Assembly (NCBI GenBank): GCA_963845535.1
Contig: CAWJSK010000001.1
Coordinates: 128,001-192,000 of the forward strand
DNA length: 64,000 nt
Direction: 5' to 3'
From: an uncultured Spirochaetota bacterium
GTDB taxonomy: Bacteria; Spirochaetota; Spirochaetia; SZUA-6; Fen-1364
Of this stretch, positions 1 through 8,996 are shown piece by piece. Each line of letters opens with the position of its first letter. Within the stretch, counting starts at the first letter, position 1. Under the pieces are notes generated by a model. It was given only the letters and a program-made list of their open reading frames with translations. It did not search any database and was not told where the DNA came from. Both the position numbers and the translations under genes were made by a program.

Positions 1-942
1 CTGCTGGGAGCGGCATACGAATACCTCATAAAGTTCTTTGCCGATTCCGCGGGCAAAAAGGCGGGCGAATTCTACACACCCGCCGCCGTTGTTCGAACCA
101 TGGTGGAGATCGTAGAGCCGCAGCACGGCATGGGCATTTACGATCCCACCTGCGGGTCAGGCGGCATGCTGATACAGAGCCGCGACTACATCATCGAGTG
201 CGGCGGAGATCCGCGAGATCTTTCTCTTTTTGGCCAGGACAGTATTGGGACAACCTGGTCTATCTGCAAGATGAACATGCTCTTGCATGGTATCAACGAC
301 GCCGACATCAGGCAGGAGGACACGCTTCGCAAGCCCCAGCACAAGGATGGCAAGGGCGAGCTTCTCCGATACGACAGGGTGCTTGCCAATCCGCCGTTCA
401 GCCAGAACTACATCAGGAAAGACCTCGAGTATTCGGAGCGATTTGCCGTATGGATGCCGGAGAAGGGCAAGAAGGCCGACCTCATGTTCGTCCAGCACAT
501 GTTGGCCGTGCTGAAGTCAGATGGCCGTATGGCCACGGTCATGCCTCACGGCGTTCTTTTCCGCGGCGGCGAAGAAAGGGAGGCCCGGCGGTACTTCATA
601 AAGCAGGGCTGGCTTGAAGCTGTGATCGGCCTTCCCGCCGGCCTTTTTTATGGAACAGGCATCCCGGCCTTCGGAAAGGAACAGGTGCTCCGAAGGCAGG
701 GTGGCCTCGCGCAGCAGCATTTAAACGTCAGTGAGCTACGCGGCCTTCTCGTGGCCCTTCCCGACAAAGGAGAACAGGATCGAATTGTCGATCGATTCTC
801 TGCAATTGTCTCACAAATTCAAACAGAACTTGCCCGGCTCGGCAAACTCATGCTCCTGAAATCCGGCCTCATGCACGACCTCCTCACCGGTCATGTGCGC
901 GTCTCCGAGTCGATGCTGAAAAGGGCGGCCACCACAACCTGA
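1..942 (+). CDS. hsdM: Type I RM methyltransferase subunit M (5' end outside window), truncated after ~669 and fused in frame to the C-terminal ~90 aa of a specificity subunit HsdS
   Basis: Frame 1 is open from base 1 (LLGAAYEYLIKFFADSAGKKAGEFYTP). It carries motif I YDPTCGSGGML, motif IV ANPPF, VMPHGVLFRGG and GLPAGLFYGTGIPA. After ~670 it switches to HsdS-type sequence: QQHLNVSELRGLLVALPDKGEQDRIV...LKSGLMHDLLTG. Confidence 0.9.
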   Translation: MLGAAYEYLIKFFADSAGKKAGEFYTPAAVVRTMVEIVEPQHGMGIYDPTCGSGGMLIQSRDYIIECGGDPRDLSLFGQDSIGTTWSICKMNMLLHGINDADIRQEDTLRKPQHKDGKGELLRYDRVLANPPFSQNYIRKDLEYSERFAVWMPEKGKKADLMFVQHMLAVLKSDGRMATVMPHGVLFRGGEEREARRYFIKQGWLEAVIGLPAGLFYGTGIPAFGKEQVLRRQGGLAQQHLNVSELRGLLVALPDKGEQDRIVDRFSAIVSQIQTELARLGKLMLLKSGLMHDLLTGHVRVSESMLKRAATTT

Positions 943-984
943 CGTCTCCGCAGCGGCGCCGAGCTGCTATCATGAAATCCCCTC

Positions 985-1012
985 TTGCGCTGCTCGAATT
1001 TCATGGTATGCT
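985..1012 (+). promoter_or_regulatory. Putative sigma70 promoter for the AAA ATPase, inside an inverted repeat
   Basis: TTGCGC(985-990)-N16-TATGCT(1007-1012) with an extended TG. CATGAAAT(971-978) and ATTTCATG(998-1005) bracket the -35. Confidence 0.45.
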
Positions 1013-1020
1013 ATCCAGTG

Positions 1021-2181
1021 ATGGTCGAGCGCAGCCAGCTACTTGCCACGCTCAAGAAAGCCCTCGCCCGCAGTCGAGTGGTGGTTCTGACCGGGCCGCG
1101 CCAGTGCGGAAAGACCACGCTCGCGCGCCAACTGCTCAGCGAGACGTCGGTCAACTACTTCGACCTTGAGGATCCGGCGGATCTTGAACGACTGACCGAG
1201 CCTATGACGGCGCTCAGGCCCTTGAAGGGCCTGGTGGTCATAGATGAAGTCCAGCGTCGTCCGGATCTTTTCCCCATCCTTCGTGTATTGGCGGACCGGC
1301 AAGAAACCTCGGCCAGGTTCCTGATCCTCGGAAGCGCCTCCGGTGACCTTTCGCGCCAGACATCAGAAAGCCTTGCCGGAAGGATGGAGCGTGTAACAAT
1401 TGGTGGCTTCTCCCTGCAGGAGCTGGGTGCCAACGCAGAGGATAGGCTATGGCTTCGCGGAGGCCTGCCAGTTTCCTATCTGGCTAGAGACGATGCCGAC
1501 AGCAAGGCATGGCGAAAGAACTTCATCCAGTCGCTTCTGGAAAGAGATTTTCCGCAGTGGGGCGTCCGGGTGCCCGCGGTTGCCCTTCTGCGATTCTGGA
1601 CCATGCTCGCGCATTATCACGGCCAGACGTGGAACGCCGCGGAACCCGCGCGTGCTATGGGTGTAAGCGAGTCCACCGCGCGCCGTCACCTTGACTTGCT
1701 GACGGATGCCTTTGTCATTCGCCAGCTTCATCCCTACCATGCCAACATCAGCAAGCGCCAGGTGAAGGCGCCCAAGGTGTATGTCCGTGATACAGGGCTG
1801 CTGCACCAGCTCCTGGGAATCGGCACTCAGAAAGAGCTCCTCAGCCATCCAAAGGTCGGAGCATCCTGGGAAGGATTTGTCATCGAGCAGATCATGCTAT
1901 CCCAGCCATACGACGAGGCGTTCTTCTGGTCAACGCATCAGGGAGCAGAGATCGACCTGATCCTCCGGAGGGGACAAAAGCTGTTTGGCGTGGAGTGCAA
2001 GCGGACGGATGCGCCTCGCATGACGCCGTCAATCCGCATCGCCATGGAGGACGTGGGGCTCGCCCGTGTGGCTGTTCTCTACCCGGGGACAAAGCGATAC
2101 GCTATTGCTGATCGCGTGGAGGCGGTGCCCGTGCAGACTCTGGGGAGGATGAAGTCGCTGTTCGAAGGAACTAAGTCGTGA
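1021..2181 (+). CDS. AAA+ ATP-binding protein (AAA_14 + DUF4143 family)
   Basis: Walker A GPRQCGKT, Walker B VVIDEVQ, LILGSAS, ESLAGR, GASWEGFV, and C-terminal EIDLIL...GVECK (PD-(D/E)xK-like). Start is ATG 1021 or GTG 1018. Confidence 0.9.
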   Translation: MVERSQLLATLKKALARSRVVVLTGPRQCGKTTLARQLLSETSVNYFDLEDPADLERLTEPMTALRPLKGLVVIDEVQRRPDLFPILRVLADRQETSARFLILGSASGDLSRQTSESLAGRMERVTIGGFSLQELGANAEDRLWLRGGLPVSYLARDDADSKAWRKNFIQSLLERDFPQWGVRVPAVALLRFWTMLAHYHGQTWNAAEPARAMGVSESTARRHLDLLTDAFVIRQLHPYHANISKRQVKAPKVYVRDTGLLHQLLGIGTQKELLSHPKVGASWEGFVIEQIMLSQPYDEAFFWSTHQGAEIDLILRRGQKLFGVECKRTDAPRMTPSIRIAMEDVGLARVAVLYPGTKRYAIADRVEAVPVQTLGRMKSLFEGTKS

Positions 2182-5100
2182 GTGAATATCTGTACGTTGA
2201 AAAACCTTTCCTGGATCAGCTCAAGGTTCTTGGGTGGGAAGTCATCGATCAGGGCCAGGGAATCATTCCCTCGGAGCCTGCGGTGAGCCTTCGCTCCGGC
2301 TTCAGGGAATGTATCCTGCCTGAAGTATTTCGCAGCGCGGTACGGTCCATCAATCGGACAGAGGATGGCACGCAATGGCTTACGGACAAACAACTCGATG
2401 ATCTGCGGGACCAGATCCTTCGACAACCCCACCACCGGCTGCTGGAGGCAAATGAGGCGGTGCAAGGCCTTTTTTTCAAGGCGCAGGTCGACGTCAACGA
2501 GGTTACGGGCGAATCAGATCCTGTAGTCAGCCTCATCGACTTTGTTCATCCTGAACGCAACCAGTTCCATGCCATCAACCAGTTCCGCGTGGATACCCCG
2601 GGATGCGTGAAGGCTTTCATCATTCCAGACATCGTCCTGTTCGTGAACGGCATGCCTCTCGTCGTGGTGGAAGCCAAGATAGCTGACCAGAACATGGCCA
2701 ATCCCATGTATGCCGCTTTCGAGCAGCTCACCCGGTATCGGGATGAACGGGAAGACACCCATCGGGCCGGCCTTCGAGAGGGAGAGCCCCGGCTGTTCTA
2801 CACGAACCTGATGCTGGTCCGCACCTGCGGGGAGAAGGCGGAGTTTGGCACAATCTCCGCGGGGCATGAGCACTTCTCGTCCTGGAAGGACACGGGGCTG
2901 GAAAGCAATCGAACTTATGCGTTGCCCCTTGGCGTCGAGCGCGAGCAGGAGAGGCTTATTCAGGGACTGCTGGCCCCCGAGACACTGCTGAACGTGCTGC
3001 GCACCTGCACCGTCTTCATGGACACAGACTCGGGGAGGCGGATCAAGGTGGTGTGCCGCTATCAGCAGTATCGGGCGGCGCGCAAGATCATCCAGAGACT
3101 GCGGGAGGGAAAGACTCCCCAAGCGCGCTCTGGAGTGGTATGGCATACGCAGGGTTCGGGCAAATCGCTCACCATGGTCTTTGTGGCGCGCATGATGAGG
3201 GTGTCGGAGGATCTGCACGATTTCAAGGTCGTCCTGGTCAACGACCGAATCGATCTGGAGAAACAGCTCTCTGAAACGGCCCGCCTCATTGGCGGTAAGG
3301 TCAATGTCATCGCATCCACCACGGCGCTTCGCAAGCACCTGTCCACCGGGGCCTCCGACGTGAACATGGTGATGATTCACAAGTTCATGGAGCGCGCGGA
3401 GGCTCTGCCCGATTCTCTTGCTCGTGCTCTTTCCTCTGTTTCCAGGAAAAAACGCGCACTGCCAACGGGAAAGACATTCGGAGTGATCAATCCGTCGGAC
3501 AGGATCATTCTCATGATCGATGAAGCCCATCGCACGCAGAGCTCGGACCTTGGAAACAATCTCCTTGAGGCTTTTCCGAACGCGACGCGCATCGCCTTCA
3601 CGGGCACCCCGCTCATCACGGAGCAGCACGGTGAGAAGCGCACGGTGAAGCGCTTCGGCGACTATATCGATACCTACAAACTGATGGACTCGGTGCATGA
3701 CGGCACAACATTGCAGATTCTCTATGAAGGCCGAACGGCAGACACGGCACTCAAGGACCGGCACGGATTCGACACAAGATTCGAAGATCTCTTTCAAGAC
3801 CGCACGGATGAAGAGCTGCAGGCGATACGGAAGAAGTACGGGGCGACGGGCGATATCCTGGAGGCGGAAAACCGGATTGCCGCCATCGCCCGTGATCTGG
3901 TGAATCACTACATTGACAATGTGCTTCCCGAGGGGTTCAAGGCTCAGGTGGTATGCCACTCCAAGCTGGCTGCCGTTCGCTATCAGAAGGCCATTCGGAA
4001 GGCATTGCGGGAGCGCATGGACCGAGAGAAGGCACGGGGTCAGCCAGATTCCGAGTCGATAAAAAGCATCGAGTTCCTGAAGGCAGCCGTGGTCATCTCC
4101 GCCGAGCCGACCAACGAGCCTGCGTCGTTCACCATTGCCCGGACTGAAGCCAAACACTGGAATGCCGTCGACAACTTCTGCAAGTCATTCAACATGGTAG
4201 ACCCTGACAAGACGCTTACCGGCATTGCGTTCCTGGTGGTTTGTGACATGTTGCTCACGGGATTCGATGCGCCGGTGGAGCAGGTGATGTACATTGACAA
4301 GAAGCTCCAGGAGCACAACCTCCTGCAGGCAATTGCACGGGTCAACCGAGTGGCGGAAGGCAAGGAACGGGGTTTCATCGTGGACTACATCGGGCTTGCC
4401 AACCACCTCACGCGTGCGCTGTCCATATACGCCCAGGAGGACGCGGCAGACATCAACGAGGGCCTCAAGAGCATCCAGAGCGAGTTGCCTATCCTTGAAG
4501 AACGCTATCAGAGGCTCTTGCAGCACTTCAGGTCCGCGGGAGTAGAGCGGATCGAAGGTTTCGTCACTGGCGGCCTTTCAGGACCGACTGAGGATATAAC
4601 CGTGATTCAGGCAGCCTTGGGAGTGCTGAAGGATGTCAGGCAGCGGGCGGATTTCGAGGTCTTCCTCAAGAAGTTTCTCCTGAGCTTGAACCTTATCCTT
4701 CCTGATGCCGCAGGCCATCCATATCGGGGCCCGGCGGCGCGCTTCGGATATCTCCTCCAGATGGCGAAGGAGCGCTACAAGGACGAGTCAATGGATTTTG
4801 GCGATGCCGGCAAGAAAGTGAAGGCACTCATCAACGAGCACCTGATCAGCCTGGGCATCGATCCGAAAATTCCGCCTATCGAGCTCCTCTCCGACGATTT
4901 CGTTGCCAACGTGCAGAAGCACGCGCTGGGGAGCGCCGAGGCCAAGGCGAGCGAGATGGAACACGCCATCCGCAAGCATTGCACCATCCATTTTGACGAA
5001 GATCCCGCCTTCTACAAGCGTCTCAGCGAGAAACTGGAAAAGCTCATCCAGGATCACCACGACAACTGGGAAGTGCTGGCCGAAGGGTATGAGCAGCTCC

Positions 5101-5444
5101 GTAAGGAAGCCCTGCAAGGCCGAACAGAGACCATCGAAGGGCTCAGCCGGGAAGCCACTACCTTCTACGACTACGTGCTTGAGCTGGCTTTCGACGGCGG
5201 CCCGGTTCCATCAGAAGCGCAAGCGCCGTTGAAAAGGCTGATGTCATTGATAGTGAGTATCCTGCAGGACACAATCGGTGTTCTGGACTTCTGGAAGAAG
5301 CCCGTTGAGGTGAAACGGCTCCGCGGGGATATCGACACGGAGATCCTGCTCGCTGATATTCCCGCGTTGAATGCCAGACATGAACGGATAGCCGTGGAAA
5401 TCGTCAGGCTCGCGGAAAAGCGGAATGAGGAGCTGTTGAGGTGA
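2178..5444 (+). CDS. hsdR: Type I restriction endonuclease subunit R
   Basis: 1088 aa. Nuclease motif PDIVLFVNGMPLVVVEAK, Walker A WHTQGSGKS, DEAHR box, FTGTP, MLLTGFDAP, QAIARVNR. Start overlaps the upstream stop (GTGA). Confidence 0.97.
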   Translation: MSEYLYVEKPFLDQLKVLGWEVIDQGQGIIPSEPAVSLRSGFRECILPEVFRSAVRSINRTEDGTQWLTDKQLDDLRDQILRQPHHRLLEANEAVQGLFFKAQVDVNEVTGESDPVVSLIDFVHPERNQFHAINQFRVDTPGCVKAFIIPDIVLFVNGMPLVVVEAKIADQNMANPMYAAFEQLTRYRDEREDTHRAGLREGEPRLFYTNLMLVRTCGEKAEFGTISAGHEHFSSWKDTGLESNRTYALPLGVEREQERLIQGLLAPETLLNVLRTCTVFMDTDSGRRIKVVCRYQQYRAARKIIQRLREGKTPQARSGVVWHTQGSGKSLTMVFVARMMRVSEDLHDFKVVLVNDRIDLEKQLSETARLIGGKVNVIASTTALRKHLSTGASDVNMVMIHKFMERAEALPDSLARALSSVSRKKRALPTGKTFGVINPSDRIILMIDEAHRTQSSDLGNNLLEAFPNATRIAFTGTPLITEQHGEKRTVKRFGDYIDTYKLMDSVHDGTTLQILYEGRTADTALKDRHGFDTRFEDLFQDRTDEELQAIRKKYGATGDILEAENRIAAIARDLVNHYIDNVLPEGFKAQVVCHSKLAAVRYQKAIRKALRERMDREKARGQPDSESIKSIEFLKAAVVISAEPTNEPASFTIARTEAKHWNAVDNFCKSFNMVDPDKTLTGIAFLVVCDMLLTGFDAPVEQVMYIDKKLQEHNLLQAIARVNRVAEGKERGFIVDYIGLANHLTRALSIYAQEDAADINEGLKSIQSELPILEERYQRLLQHFRSAGVERIEGFVTGGLSGPTEDITVIQAALGVLKDVRQRADFEVFLKKFLLSLNLILPDAAGHPYRGPAARFGYLLQMAKERYKDESMDFGDAGKKVKALINEHLISLGIDPKIPPIELLSDDFVANVQKHALGSAEAKASEMEHAIRKHCTIHFDEDPAFYKRLSEKLEKLIQDHHDNWEVLAEGYEQLRKEALQGRTETIEGLSREATTFYDYVLELAFDGGPVPSEAQAPLKRLMSLIVSILQDTIGVLDFWKKPVEVKRLRGDIDTEILLADIPALNARHERIAVEIVRLAEKRNEELLR

Positions 5445-6145
5445 AGGACGGGGAGACGGACCAGGTCAACTACGAAGTGATCCGCAGCAGTCGTTCCACG
5501 GCGGACATAATCATAGAGCGGGACGGCAGCGTGGTTGTACGCGCGCCCGAATGGGCGGATGACGAGCTGATAGACTCCATAGTCCGGTCAAAGCAGTTCT
5601 GGATCTTTCAGAGCCTTGCCGAATGGCGGGACGTGAATGCCACCCGAGTGCTCCGCGAATACAAGAACGGAGAAGGCTTTCTCTACCTGGGACGAGCCTA
5701 CCGTCTTCTGTTGGTCGGAGAGCAGGCGGAGCCGCTTCGCCTGGAGAATGAACGCTTCTTCCTCCGACGAGCCCTGGTAGAGCACGGTGAGATTGAGACG
5801 GCAAAAGAAGCATTTCGGAACTTCTACATCTCTCGAGGTCTCCAACATATTCGCGGTCGGATCGACTACTATGCGCCCAAAGTGGGCATGATGCCGTCCG
5901 CCGTTGAAGTCAGGGAATTGGGAAACCGCTGGGCCTCATGCTCCCCCACGGGCGCCCTTGCCTTCCATTGGAAATGCATGATGGCGCCGACCACGATCAT
6001 TGACTACATCGTCGTCCACGAATTGTGCCACTTCCATCACCTTGACCACACAAATGCGTTCTGGAATGAGGTGGATAAGATAGTTACGGACTATCGAGGC
6101 CGCAAAGAGTGGCTCCGCAAGAACGGAGCCGGGCTAGACGTGTGA
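5441..6145 (+). CDS. M48/DUF45 (YgjP-like) zincin metallohydrolase
   Basis: RWASCS, IDYIVVHELCH (HExxH) and H..FW motifs. It sits directly after hsdR, as is typical for this family. Confidence 0.9.
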   Translation: MKDGETDQVNYEVIRSSRSTADIIIERDGSVVVRAPEWADDELIDSIVRSKQFWIFQSLAEWRDVNATRVLREYKNGEGFLYLGRAYRLLLVGEQAEPLRLENERFFLRRALVEHGEIETAKEAFRNFYISRGLQHIRGRIDYYAPKVGMMPSAVEVRELGNRWASCSPTGALAFHWKCMMAPTTIIDYIVVHELCHFHHLDHTNAFWNEVDKIVTDYRGRKEWLRKNGAGLDV

Positions 6146-6226
6146 AGGAAACAAACGGGGCGCCTGAGCGGCCGCAGCGGAAAGCCCATAGACGCCGCCA
6201 AGGACAGAAACCGACGCGCCGTTCCC

Positions 6227-6451
6227 TCAGCGGAAGCGCCGCCCGTAGCGCTCCCCCAGCGCGAAGTTCACGTTGAGCCCCGTCACGAAGTCGGGTCCCA
6301 TCATTCCGACGTCAAGCCCCAGGGAGGCAATCCGGAAGAAGCCGAAGGAGAGCCCCGTCGACCAGTCGAAGCCCCATGCGCTTGTGGGAAAGAAGCCGGA
6401 CTCCTGGGAGACTGGACCGGAGGTCACTCCTGCATCGTCCCAGTAATTCAC
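6227..6451 (-). pseudogene. Possible 3' remnant of a beta-strand-rich (outer-membrane-like) protein gene
   Basis: 74 codons with alternating aromatic/Gly strands (WGFDWSTGLSFGFFRIASLGLDVG...GLNVNFALG), high GC3, and no convincing RBS or start. Confidence 0.35.
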
Positions 6452-6497
6452 GTTGAAACGGGGATAACATCCTGTTTTTTTGCCCCCGGGGGCCCGA

Positions 6498-6965
6498 CTA
6501 CGCCAGAGCCTCCAGCTCGTAGATCAGATTCATGACGTCAACAGCGCTTCCTGCCGCGCAGATGCGGTCCCGTAGGTTCTGGTTCCCGGCAAGGCGCGCA
6601 ATCCCCGCCAAAGTCCCCACGTGCTCCTGGAAAGTGTCGCGGGGGATCACGAGGAGGATGATGAGACGCGCTGGATTCCCGTCAGCTGACTCGAAAGGGA
6701 TCCCGGTCCGTGAAACGCCCAAGGCGGCCACAATTTCCTGCACGCAGTCAACCGCGCCGTGGGGCACGGCGAGCCCGCGGGCAAGGCCGGAGCTCATGGA
6801 CTTCTCCCGCGCGCAGACCGCTTCGATCACGGCGGCCCGATCCCCCAGGCGAAGCTCGTGAGCGGAAATGAGGAGGTCCACCAGCTCGTCGATTGCCTCC
6901 CACTTGGTGGCGGCATCCAGGTTTGTCTTCACAAGATCCGGTTGCAGAAGCTCGGACAGATGCAT
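6498..6965 (-). CDS. PTS EIIA (fructose/mannitol/Ntr-type, PTS_EIIA_2) domain protein
   Basis: K.EAIDEL, REKSMSSGLARGLAVPHG (phospho-acceptor His), GIPFESADG. Starts 5 nt after the subunit D stop. Confidence 0.88.
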   Translation of the reverse strand: MHLSELLQPDLVKTNLDAATKWEAIDELVDLLISAHELRLGDRAAVIEAVCAREKSMSSGLARGLAVPHGAVDCVQEIVAALGVSRTGIPFESADGNPARLIILLVIPRDTFQEHVGTLAGIARLAGNQNLRDRICAAGSAVDVMNLIYELEALA

Positions 6966-6970
6966 GCCGG

Positions 6971-7594
6971 CTACCTCGCGTGTTTCTTTTTCAGCCGTTT
7001 CAGGCGGAATACGTCCTCTCGCTCGCGCTGGTCCAGCGTTCCCCGGATGAACCGAACCTGCTCACGCAGCTCGGGGAGAAGCCTCTGCTCCAGCGCGTTC
7101 ACCCGCCGGGAGGTCTTTCGGATCTCCTCCGCCAGAAGGCGCATCTTGCGGTCCAGCGGCGCCACCCTGAGGATCTCCGCCATCACGTCTTCGAACCTCT
7201 CAGCGGACTCATCGATCCTCACGCTGGCATCCGGATCAGAGGAGCGCCGCTCCGCCGCGGAGCGCCGTTGAAACGCAGAGGTGACATTCACCACGCGCAC
7301 TCCCCAGATGTTGCGTTCTTCAAGGCTGACCTCTATTCCCGCTCCGCCCGCAAGGGCAGCGGAGGCCACCGCCTCAGGTCCGTCCAGGGAAAGCGCGCGG
7401 ATAAGGGCGCGCTTTGCGCTCAGGAGGGATTTGCGCATCGAGTCCCGCGCCTCGTTGAACCGGGAGAGCTCGGAGAGGAACTCCCGTACCAGGGCTTCCC
7501 GCTTTCCCCGCAGAAGCTCGGCTCCCTGCGTTGCGAGCCTGATCTGCGCACGCCGGTTCAGGAGCTGGGTTCTGGTGGGGTTGACCTGTTCCAT
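6971..7594 (-). CDS. atpD: V/A-type ATP synthase subunit D
   Basis: MEQVNPTRTQLL...GAELLRGKREAL, NIWGV, EIRKTSRRVNALEQ, REREDVFRLK. The real start is ATG 7594, not 7903. Confidence 0.95.
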   Translation of the reverse strand: MEQVNPTRTQLLNRRAQIRLATQGAELLRGKREALVREFLSELSRFNEARDSMRKSLLSAKRALIRALSLDGPEAVASAALAGGAGIEVSLEERNIWGVRVVNVTSAFQRRSAAERRSSDPDASVRIDESAERFEDVMAEILRVAPLDRKMRLLAEEIRKTSRRVNALEQRLLPELREQVRFIRGTLDQREREDVFRLKRLKKKHAR

Positions 7595-7595
7595 G

Positions 7596-8996
7596 TCACG
7601 ATTCCCTGCCAGCGAACTTTTCGATGAAGTCCTTCCTGATTCTTCGGTACTCGGAGTGGGGAACGCACCCGAGGATCTTCCACCCCAGGTCCAGAGTCTC
7701 CTCGATGGGACGCTCCTGGTCCGCCTGATGGACCAACTCCTTCTCGAAGGCGTCGGCAAACGCAAGGTACTTCTTGTCCATATCGGTGAGCGCTTCCTCC
7801 CCCACGATGGCCACCAGGCGCCGGATGTCCTGTCCCTCCGCATAGCTTGCGTAGAGCTGGTTGGAAAGCTCGCGATGGTCCTCCCGCGTGACCCCGCGGC
7901 CAATTCCGTTGTTCATGAGCCGGGACAAAGAGGAGAGGACGTCGATGGGGGGGAAAATTCCGCGCCTGTGCAACTGCCGCGAAAGCACGATCTGGCCTTC
8001 CGTGATGTAGCCGGTGAGGTCCGGGATGGGATGGGTGATGTCATCATCCGGCATCGTGAGAATGGGCAGGAGCGTCACAGAGCCTTTGCGCCCCCTCAGG
8101 CGCCCGGCCCGCTCATAGAGCGTGGCAAGGTCCGTGTACATGTAGCCGGGGTAGCCGCGTCTGCCGGGAATCTCCTCCCGCGCCGTCCCGATTTCCCGAA
8201 GCGCCTCGCAGTAGCTGGTCATGTCCGTGAGAAGGACCAGTACTTCGTAGCCCAGCTCGAAGGCGAGGTACTCCGCCGCGGTCAGCGCGGACCTGGGGGT
8301 AAGAAGCCTCTCTATGGTCGGATCATCCGCAAGATTCACGAAGCTCACCAGCCGGCTCTGCGCGCCGCTTCTCTCGAACTCCGACATGAAGAACGCCTTC
8401 TCCCTCTGCGTGATCCCGATTGCGGCGAACACGGTGACAAACCGCTCCTGCTCTCCGCGCACACGGGCCTGCAGGAGGATCCGGGCCGCGATCTCGTTTG
8501 CCGGAAGTCCCGCGCCGGAAAAGATGGGCAGTTTCTGACCGCGCACGAGCGTGTTGAACCCGTCTATCGCGGAAAGTCCGGTCTGCACGAAGTCCCGCGG
8601 CTTGTCCCGGGAAACAGGGTTCATGGGAGTGCCGGCAATGGGCCGCTTTTCCGCGGCCAGCACGGCGGGTAGGCCGTCCAGAGGCCGGCCCGCTCCGTTC
8701 AGCACACGGCCGATCAGCGCCTCACTCACCCCGAGGCGCGCTTCCCGCTCCCGAAGGGATACGGTGGTGCTGGAGACATCGAGACCCATGGTGTCCTCAA
8801 ACACCTGGATCACGGCGATCTCCTCCGAGACCTCGATGACCTGGCCGGTCTTTCTGCTGCCGTCCTGGGCGTCGACTTCCACCATGGCGCCGTAGGGGAG
8901 ATCCATCTTTCTTTCCAGGAAAAGGAGCGGCCCGGAGATCCTGCGCGCGCCCCGCGTCTCGATTCTCATCAGGCTGGGGTTGGTTGCCGGGCTCAT
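7596..8996 (-). CDS. atpB: V/A-type ATP synthase subunit B
   Basis: [67 protein letters not shown]. Confidence 0.97.
   Translation of the reverse strand: MSPATNPSLMRIETRGARRISGPLLFLERKMDLPYGAMVEVDAQDGSRKTGQVIEVSEEIAVIQVFEDTMGLDVSSTTVSLREREARLGVSEALIGRVLNGAGRPLDGLPAVLAAEKRPIAGTPMNPVSRDKPRDFVQTGLSAIDGFNTLVRGQKLPIFSGAGLPANEIAARILLQARVRGEQERFVTVFAAIGITQREKAFFMSEFERSGAQSRLVSFVNLADDPTIERLLTPRSALTAAEYLAFELGYEVLVLLTDMTSYCEALREIGTAREEIPGRRGYPGYMYTDLATLYERAGRLRGRKGSVTLLPILTMPDDDITHPIPDLTGYITEGQIVLSRQLHRRGIFPPIDVLSSLSRLMNNGIGRGVTREDHRELSNQLYASYAEGQDIRRLVAIVGEEALTDMDKKYLAFADAFEKELVHQADQERPIEETLDLGWKILGCVPHSEYRRIRKDFIEKFAGRES

Noticed and set aside
652..685. GGAACAGG direct repeat around the hsdM/hsdS junction
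   Set aside because: Only 8 bp, and both copies are retained, which a repeat-mediated deletion would not leave.
2514..4157. 547-aa minus-strand ORF, and similar long shadow ORFs (7281-8672 +, 16303-18252 -, 20656-21954 -, 31227-32570 -, 48868-50283 -, 51063-52553 +, 62278-63633 +)
   Set aside because: They are antisense or alternate-frame shadows of clearly identified genes in high-GC DNA and carry no recognisable motifs.
6475..6497. T7 run plus GC palindrome as a terminator of the ATPase operon
   Set aside because: On the transcribed minus strand the hairpin is followed by A residues, not U, and the palindrome leaves almost no loop.
7595..7903. N-terminal extension of ATPase subunit D in the ORF track (similar extensions at 19346, 39122, 40489, 49177 and 59585)
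   Set aside because: They overlap upstream genes in another frame. The conserved N-termini and RBSs indicate later starts.
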